Assembly (NCBI GenBank): GCA_963704935.1
Contig: CAVPIF010000003.1
Location: 542,024 to 606,023 of the forward strand
Source: an uncultured Chloroflexia bacterium
Lineage (GTDB): Bacteria; Chloroflexota; Limnocylindria; Limnocylindrales; CSP1-4
Length of the DNA stretch: 64,000 nucleotides
Direction of reading: 5' to 3'
The notes beneath the pieces were generated by a model that was not told the origin of the DNA, searched no databases, and saw only the letters and a list, made by a program, of their open reading frames with translations. This document shows positions 58,199-64,000 of the stretch, in pieces (the first letter of the stretch is position 1; each line of letters starts with the position of its first letter). The position numbers were made by a program, and so were the translations under genes.

Positions 58199-59503
58199 CC
58201 CACCGTCCGCCGGGCCGGTGGCGACGACGGGCGCGTCGACCGCACTCCAACTCGTCCGGACGCGGCGCCACCAGGCGAACGCCGCGAGGCCGGTCACCAG
58301 CGACAGGACGCCGCCGATCGCGATCGTCAGCGGGATCCCGACGGCCGACGCCAGGGCACCCATCACCAGCCCGCCGACCGGCATGGAGGCCGAGAAGACG
58401 GTCGTGTACACACTCATCACGCGCCCGCGAAGCCCGTCCGGGACCGACAGCTGGATCGTCGCATTGGCCGTTGCGGCCATCGAGATCCCGCCTGCCCCGA
58501 CGACCGCCATCAGGATCAGCGCGAGCGGGAAGGACGTCACCAGGCTGAGCGCGATCGACGCGATACCGAGCACGGTCCCGCCCAGCGCGATCCGGATCGG
58601 CTTGGGGCGACCGCCGACCACGAGGGCGACCGCCGCGGTCAGGGCACCGAGTCCCGAGGCCGTCATCAGGAACCCGTAGCCGGCGGCATCGCTGCCCAGG
58701 ACGTCCTGGGCCAACGGCGGCACCAGGACGTTGAAGTTCATCCCGAACGTGGCCACCAACCCGACGACGGCGATCGCCATGAGGACGACCGGCGTTCGGC
58801 GGACGAAGACGAGCCCCTCGGCCAGGTTCGTGAAGACGTCGCTCACCGACCGCGGGCGCAGGACGAGGCGGGCGCGCTGCAACTCCTCGTCGCGCATCAT
58901 GGCGAGGCCGGCGATGACCGCGAGGAAGCTGACCGCGTTGATCGCGAACGCGATCGCGATCCCGAACGCCCCGATGGTCAGGCCGGCCACGGCCGGACCG
59001 ATGACGCGAGCCCCGTTGAACATCGCCGAATTGAGGGAGACCGCGTTGCCGATATCCCTCGCCCCGACCATCTCGATCGGGAAGGACTGGCGGACCGGCA
59101 TGTCCACGGCATTGGCGCAACCCAGGAGGAGTGCGAGGGTCACCACCATCCAGATCTCGACGACACCCGTCGCGGTCAGGACGGCCAGGATCACGGCCAG
59201 GACCATCATCACGGCCTGGACGACGATGAGCGTCTGGCGCTTGGGCAGCGTGTCCGCGAGGACGCCGGCGAACAGGCCCAGGACCATCACCGGTGCGAAC
59301 TGGGCAGCCGCGACGACGCCGAGCCAGAGCGGGTCTCCGCCACTGATCTGGAGGACGAGCCAGGCCTGGGCCACCTGCTGCATCCACGTGCCGACCAACG
59401 AGACGGCCTGACCGCTGAAGAACAACCGGTAGTTGCGGTGGCCGAACGCAGACAGGCTGCGTCGGGCGACAGCGCCCGCGGGCGTCGCTCGGTGGACCCT
59501 CAC
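58100..59503 (-). CDS. MFS transporter (EntS/MFS_3-like efflux pump)
   Basis: 467 aa, 12 TM. Downstream of merR with a 4-nt overlap. Its C-terminus overlaps the convergent NUDIX gene. Confidence 0.75.
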   Translation of the reverse strand: MRVHRATPAGAVARRSLSAFGHRNYRLFFSGQAVSLVGTWMQQVAQAWLVLQISGGDPLWLGVVAAAQFAPVMVLGLFAGVLADTLPKRQTLIVVQAVMMVLAVILAVLTATGVVEIWMVVTLALLLGCANAVDMPVRQSFPIEMVGARDIGNAVSLNSAMFNGARVIGPAVAGLTIGAFGIAIAFAINAVSFLAVIAGLAMMRDEELQRARLVLRPRSVSDVFTNLAEGLVFVRRTPVVLMAIAVVGLVATFGMNFNVLVPPLAQDVLGSDAAGYGFLMTASGLGALTAAVALVVGGRPKPIRIALGGTVLGIASIALSLVTSFPLALILMAVVGAGGISMAATANATIQLSVPDGLRGRVMSVYTTVFSASMPVGGLVMGALASAVGIPLTIAIGGVLSLVTGLAAFAWWRRVRTSWSAVDAPVVATGPADGGSAVLQPSDLPTGQLAEVPATGLLEREPAARVG

Positions 59504-60024
59504 CGAGATCGCTCCGGATGGGGATCCGGACCGCCGTCGAGTTCGGCGACGTGCTCCCCGAGGTGCCGTTGCCGGCGCTCCGCCTCCGCGATCATCGCGT
59601 CGAGCCGCTCGCGCTTGGATCGCAAGGTCGCGACCTGCCGGTCGACCCGCTCGCGCGCATCGAGGATGATCGCCCGGCGCTCGGTGGCGTCGCGGGTGGC
59701 GTGGAAACGCTCCCGATTGCGTTCGCGAGCGGCTTCGTCTTCCAACAGCTGACCGATGTGGGCGAGCGAGAAGCCTGCGCCGTCGCGCAGCTCCTTGATG
59801 AACCGGAGCCGCTCCAGGTCCGACTCGTCGAACAGGCGGTAGGCCCCCTCAGAGCGGGCCGCCGGCTCCAGCAGGCCGACCTCCTCGTAGTAGCGGATCG
59901 CCCGGGTCGTCAGGCCGGTTTCCGCGGAAACCTCCTGGATCCGCTTCAGCGCTTCCGGGACCTGGCCCGGGTCCTGGGTAAGGCGCGGTTCGCCGGTGGT
60001 CGTCACACGCCGATCATACGACAA
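59500..60024 (-). CDS. MerR-family transcriptional regulator
   Basis: HTH ETGLTTRAIRYYEEVGLLEP followed by a coiled-coil region. The ORF opens with TTG at 60024; the true start is probably a few codons in (GTG near 60006). Confidence 0.8.
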   Translation of the reverse strand: MSYDRRVTTTGEPRLTQDPGQVPEALKRIQEVSAETGLTTRAIRYYEEVGLLEPAARSEGAYRLFDESDLERLRFIKELRDGAGFSLAHIGQLLEDEAARERNRERFHATRDATERRAIILDARERVDRQVATLRSKRERLDAMIAEAERRQRHLGEHVAELDGGPDPHPERSR

Positions 60025-60045
60025 CCTTCACGTTCGCGTGAAGGT
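60024..60045. promoter_or_regulatory. perfect palindrome ACCTTCACG-TTCG-CGTGAAGGT at the 5' end of merR; candidate MerR operator
   Basis: 9-bp arms with a 4-nt spacer, read directly. Confidence 0.35.
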
Positions 60046-60065
60046 CGAGGTGAGGTCGTCGCGCC

Positions 60066-60297
60066 GGGGTCGCCGTCAGGGTCGCGGGTCGCCGTCGCCG
60101 CGGGCCGCCGTCAGGATCGCGGGGCCGCGCATCGCCGCCGTCAGGGTCGCGCGCCGCCGTCAGGGTCTCGGGCCGCGCATCGCCGCCGTCAGGGTCGCGC
60201 GCCGCCGTCAGGGTCGCGCGCCGCCGTCAGGGTCGCCGTCAGGGTCGCGCGCCGCGCACCGCCGCCGTCAGGGTCGCGCGCCGCGCATCGCCGCGCG
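60066..60297. repeat. tandem direct-repeat array, about 9-10 copies of core GCCGTCAGGGTCGCG (unit about 19 bp, some with a 10-bp CCGCGCATCG insert giving 29 bp)
   Basis: Read directly. Copies start near 60072, 60109, 60137, 60155, 60185, 60203, 60222, 60236 and 60264. No unique spacers, so not CRISPR. Confidence 0.8.
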
Positions 60298-60541
60298 GAA
60301 TCCAGCGTGGAGAGAGGATCTCGGGCTTCGCCGGGACAGGGACCCGGCCCAGCGGGACCCCAGAGCGCGGGCCGGATTCCGCGTGCTCGCGATGAGCCGA
60401 CGCCGGCCTTCGCGTCAGACGAAAGGGACCCGCGGAGGCCCGGCGGTCTCGTGGCACTGGAATCCGGAGCCGGATCGCCGCGGCGAGTCGGCGCGGGAGA
60501 CGCGGGACTGGCGCGGGCCAGGACGCGGGGTCGGTCCGCCG

Positions 60542-61534
60542 TCAATCCAGCGTGAAGTGGTCCGGATCCTGGTAGCGGCCGGTGCGCTGGAACTCGATCT
60601 GCATCAGCACGTCGTTGAGCAACGACGACGCCCCGAAGCGGAACCAATCCGGCGTCATCCAGCGGGGCCCAAGGGTCTCGTACAGGACCACGAGGTATTG
60701 GATCGCCTCCTTGGCGGTCCGGATGCCGCCGGCCGGCTTCATCCCGACCTGGCGACCCGTGGCGCGCTCGAAATCGCGGATCGCCTCCAGCATCACGAGC
60801 GTCACCGGAAGGGTCGCCGCCGGGGTCACCTTGCCGGTCGACGTCTTGATGAAGTCGGCACCGGCGGCCATCGCCAGCACGGAGGCGCGACGGACGTTGT
60901 CGTATGTCTCGAGTTCGCCCGTCTCGAGGATGACCTTGAGGTGGGCGTCGCCGGTCGCCTCCTTGACCTCGACGATCTCCTCGAACACGGTGGCGTAGTC
61001 GCCGGACAGGAATGCCCCGCGGTCGATGACCATGTCGATCTCGTCGGCGCCGGCATCGACCGCCGCGCGGGTCTCGGCCAGCTTGATGTCGCGGAACGTC
61101 TGGCCGCTGGGGAACCCGGTCGCGACACTGGCGACCTTGACGCCGCTGCCGCGCAGGGCCGACTTCGCGTCGGCGACCATCGCCGGGTAGACGCAGATCG
61201 CTGCCACATGCGGGATGGTCGGGTCGCCCGGCATCGGGCGCATCCCCTTGACACACAAGGCGCGGATCTTGCCCGGCGTGTCCTTTCCCTCCAGCGTGGT
61301 CAGGTCCATCATCCGGATGGTCAGGTCCAGCGCCCACATCTTCGACGCCTTCTTGATCGACCGGCGCTTGAGGGCGTCGACCCTCGCCTCCACGCCGACC
61401 CGGTCCACCGTGCTGACCCGGCCCATCAGGCTGCCCATCGGGCTGCCGATCCCGCCGGCCCGACCGTCCCACGCACGGATCAGGTCGTGCGCACGGGCGC
61501 GGGCTGGGCTGTCGGAGCGCTTGACGGCGGTCAT
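60542..61534 (-). CDS. deoC: deoxyribose-phosphate aldolase (long actinobacterial type)
   Basis: Class I aldolase motifs VAAICVYP and GADFIKTSTGK, with the Schiff-base Lys. Confidence 0.85.
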   Translation of the reverse strand: MTAVKRSDSPARARAHDLIRAWDGRAGGIGSPMGSLMGRVSTVDRVGVEARVDALKRRSIKKASKMWALDLTIRMMDLTTLEGKDTPGKIRALCVKGMRPMPGDPTIPHVAAICVYPAMVADAKSALRGSGVKVASVATGFPSGQTFRDIKLAETRAAVDAGADEIDMVIDRGAFLSGDYATVFEEIVEVKEATGDAHLKVILETGELETYDNVRRASVLAMAAGADFIKTSTGKVTPAATLPVTLVMLEAIRDFERATGRQVGMKPAGGIRTAKEAIQYLVVLYETLGPRWMTPDWFRFGASSLLNDVLMQIEFQRTGRYQDPDHFTLD

Positions 61535-61589
61535 CGGACGGTGAGGATACCGCTATCCCGGATCGATGCCTATGCGCCGCGCGACGACC

Positions 61590-63734
61590 TCAGCGGCCGG
61601 CGCGCACCTTTGGAAGCGGGGGCATACCGTGCTTTCCGTCGACCAGGAAGTGGCGGAACCAGTCCCGGACCACAGCCAGGTTTTCCACGCGACGGAACGG
61701 CGTCCCGGAACGCGTCAGCTCATGGGTCTCCTCGGGCACGCGCAGGAGTCGGACCGGGCGACGGAGTGACCGCAGCACCGTGAACAGCGCTTCCGCCTGG
61801 CCGATCGTGGTGCGCAGGTCCAGCTCCGAGTGCTGGATGAGCATCGGCGTGCGGATGCTCGCCGCGTACGAGATCGGCGAGATCTCGCGGTAGTACGCCG
61901 GGTCGCTCCACGGCGTCGCCTCGAACTCGAGCTCCGCCCAGTCGCCGCCGCTGATGTCGCCGGTCAGGAACAGCATCGACATGTCGCTGACACAGCGGCA
62001 GGTCATCGCCGCCGCGAACCGGTCGTCGTGCGCCACGATCCAATTCGTGAGATAGCCGCCGTACGAACCACCGGTCACGCCCAGTCGCATGGGGTCCGCG
62101 AGGCCGTCCGCGACGAGCGAATCCACGCCGGCCAGCACGTCGCGCATCGGCCCGTGGCCCCAGTCGCGGTGGTTCGCGTCGTTGAAGGCCTGGCCGTACC
62201 CCTCAGAGCCGCGCGGGTTGGCGTAGAACACGCCCATCCCACTCGCAGCGAGGACCTGGAATTCCCAGACCGGTGACCAGCCGTACATCGTGTGCGGGCC
62301 GCCGTGGATCTCGGTCACGAGCGGGACGGGACGTGCGGCGCCAGCAGCGACCGCCCTCGCGGGCGGCAGGTACCAGCCCTGAATCCGGCGCCCGTCGACC
62401 TCCGACCAGCGCTCGACGGGTTCGATCAGGTCGAGCTCGGCGACGACGTCGGTGTTCAGCGACGACAGCCGGAGCGCGGTCCCGGTGCCCACCTGGACCC
62501 ACAGGTCGGGTGGCTCCGTCGGAGTGGAACGCAGGTACACGACGGTGGCCCCACCGCGCGACCCGGCCACGGCGTCCCAGCCGCTGATGTAGTGGCGTCC
62601 GGTCGTCAGTCGCTCCAGCGCACCGTCCCCCGTCGAGATCCGCCACAGCTCGAACGATCCGTCGACCGGCGCCGTGAACGTGATCGACCGGCCGTCGGGC
62701 GACGGCCGGATTCGCGGGTCCTCGCCTCGGGTGATATCGCTGTTCATCGCGGACCCCGGCATCAGGTCGTGCCGGCCCGATAGGTTCCGCCCGCCGTCCG
62801 CCGTGGCATCAGAACCGTCCGCCGCGAACACCCAGATATCGTTGCGGCTCCCGGCGCGACCCATGAGTCTGTGGCCCAGGGCCGCGATCGTCACGCCGTT
62901 CGGCAGCCAGGCCGGCGTCCCGTATACCGACCGAGGCCCGGCCGTGACCGCCGTGACCCGACGCGTCGCGACATCGACGACGTGGATGGCCGGGCGGTCG
63001 GCGAGATCAGGGTCGCGCCGCCGGTTCGCGGTGAAGGCGATCCGGGAGCCGTCGGGAGACCATGCGGGTTCGGCGTCGCGGACGGGCCCGTCCGTCAGGC
63101 GCTCGGCGGCGCCCGTCGCGACGTCGACGAGCCAGAGATGGTCGATCCGGTCGTACCTGAACCCGACCCCATTGAGCATATAGTCGAGCCGGTCGATGAA
63201 CCGATAGTCGGACGGCGGCGGCTCGCCCGGCTGCCGCTTCCGGTCGCGGCCGCGACGACGCGCATCCGCCGCCCAGGTCGCCTCGACCGAGCTGCTGACG
63301 ACGACCATCCGGGTCCCGTCCGGCGACCACTCGAATCCCGACACGCCGCGCGGCAGGTCGGTCACGCGGCGCGCCTCACCGCCGTCAAGCGGCAGCGCGT
63401 AGACCTGTTTCGTATCCTCGCGCTCGAATGCGCCCGACGAGCGTGTCGGCTCGTCCTCGACGAGCGGTCTTCGGTCGGACAGGAAGGCGAGCGTTCGGCC
63501 GTCCGGCGAGAACCGGGGCTGCCAGTCGTTCCGGGCCCCCAGGGTCACCTGCCGGGGTGCTCGGGTGCCCGGGCCGCCATCGGTCGAAGCCAGCCAGATG
63601 GCCCGCCGGTATCCGTCGAACGTCGGCGCCACCGTCTGGAGCGTGAACGCCACGAAGCGGCCGTCGGGTGACAGGCACGGTTCGGCCGGGATCCGCAGGC
63701 GGTACAGGTCCTCGGGGCACGGCGGGCGCGGCAT
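61590..63734 (-). CDS. S9-family serine peptidase (beta-propeller plus alpha/beta-hydrolase; acylaminoacyl-peptidase/DPP-like)
   Basis: Propeller repeats (SPDGRFVAF, SPDGRTLAF, SPDGSRIAF). Catalytic GGSYGGY serine motif and C-terminal Asp/His region. Start at an internal Met; the ORF extends to 63923. Confidence 0.8.
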   Translation of the reverse strand: MPRPPCPEDLYRLRIPAEPCLSPDGRFVAFTLQTVAPTFDGYRRAIWLASTDGGPGTRAPRQVTLGARNDWQPRFSPDGRTLAFLSDRRPLVEDEPTRSSGAFEREDTKQVYALPLDGGEARRVTDLPRGVSGFEWSPDGTRMVVVSSSVEATWAADARRRGRDRKRQPGEPPPSDYRFIDRLDYMLNGVGFRYDRIDHLWLVDVATGAAERLTDGPVRDAEPAWSPDGSRIAFTANRRRDPDLADRPAIHVVDVATRRVTAVTAGPRSVYGTPAWLPNGVTIAALGHRLMGRAGSRNDIWVFAADGSDATADGGRNLSGRHDLMPGSAMNSDITRGEDPRIRPSPDGRSITFTAPVDGSFELWRISTGDGALERLTTGRHYISGWDAVAGSRGGATVVYLRSTPTEPPDLWVQVGTGTALRLSSLNTDVVAELDLIEPVERWSEVDGRRIQGWYLPPARAVAAGAARPVPLVTEIHGGPHTMYGWSPVWEFQVLAASGMGVFYANPRGSEGYGQAFNDANHRDWGHGPMRDVLAGVDSLVADGLADPMRLGVTGGSYGGYLTNWIVAHDDRFAAAMTCRCVSDMSMLFLTGDISGGDWAELEFEATPWSDPAYYREISPISYAASIRTPMLIQHSELDLRTTIGQAEALFTVLRSLRRPVRLLRVPEETHELTRSGTPFRRVENLAVVRDWFRHFLVDGKHGMPPLPKVRAGR

Positions 63735-63823
63735 GGGCAGGTCGCCTCGGCATTCGTGGGCAGGTGGTCCGACCGAGTCTAGCCGCGAGGTCGCGCGGTC
63801 GCCGGGCGTACCATCGACCCACG

Positions 63824-64000
63824 ATGGCCGACCAGCTCGCCCTCCCGCTCGACGCGACGGCCGACCGACTGCCGGACCTGCCGGACCTGCGGCCGATGCT
63901 GGCGAGGCCGCTCCCCGAGCCATTCGATTCGGTCGACCACCTGTTCGAGCCGTTGTGGGGCGGGACCCGGGCGCTGGTGTTGATCGGCCCGGGCGAAACG
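63824..64000 (+). CDS. partial gene (3' end outside window), ATP-dependent DNA-ligase-like N-terminus with non-canonical motif I
   Basis: ATG at 63824, frame open to the window end. PMLARPLPEPF ... FEPLWGGTRAL resembles ligase PMLA ... EPKWDGxRA, but Lys and Asp are replaced by Leu and Gly. Confidence 0.3.
   Translation, partial: MADQLALPLDATADRLPDLPDLRPMLARPLPEPFDSVDHLFEPLWGGTRALVLIGPGET

Noticed and set aside
60066-60297. Possible CRISPR array
   Set aside because: The units are contiguous tandem repeats of 19 or 29 bp with no unique spacers, and there are no cas genes nearby.
1-64000. tRNA, rRNA or other structured RNA genes
   Set aside because: I scanned intergenic regions longer than 50 bp by eye for a T-loop GGTTCGAATCC-like motif or cloverleaf pairing, and for rRNA anchors. 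Nothing convincing. This is not a substitute for running tRNAscan or Infernal.

Overview
This 64 kb window is very high-GC DNA (about 70-73%, estimated by eye) from a densely packed bacterial chromosome. Gene content fits an F420-using Actinomycetota-like organism, possibly Thermoleophilia-like; that assignment is inference only. I support about 60 protein-coding genes and found no rRNA, tRNA or CRISPR. Genes are often coupled through ATGA or GTGA start/stop overlaps. Among the recognisable loci is an arginine biosynthesis operon, argC-argJ-argB-argR-argG. It has a palindromic ARG-box-like element in a low-GC patch upstream, lacks argD and argF, and argH sits about 6 kb away on the other strand. 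There is also an F420 biosynthesis cluster, cofD-cofC-cofE, flanked by three F420-type genes (PPOX-family and luciferase-like monooxygenase, LLM), with a fourth LLM further away. Other clear calls are pyruvate dehydrogenase E1 (aceE), trxB followed by an ABC exporter and OsmC, MTAP, adenosine deaminase, deoC and an S9 peptidase. The gene most worth follow-up is a 1194-aa fusion of a Cas4/RecB-like Fe-S nuclease (TM0106 family) to an Upf1/DNA2-like SF1B helicase, which is DNA2/Nhi-like. It is preceded by a small zinc-ribbon ORF and a promoter-like element containing a palindrome. Other observations: two G-homopolymer frameshifts, in an EAL domain gene (c-di-GMP phosphodiesterase family) and in an LLM gene; a roughly 230 bp tandem-repeat array upstream of a merR-MFS pair that carries a perfect 22-bp palindrome; a low-GC island encoding a membrane protein; a tight nine-gene minus-strand array (M15 peptidase, PAS-GAF-GGDEF sensor, aldehyde dehydrogenase (ALDH), catalytically degenerate ALDH paralogue, SRPBCC-fold protein, transporters); and a Tmk-like protein with a degenerate P-loop coupled to adenosine deaminase. 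All calls are by eye from motifs and the six-frame ORF track. Coordinates may be off by a few nucleotides, and start codons, often GTG or TTG, are uncertain.
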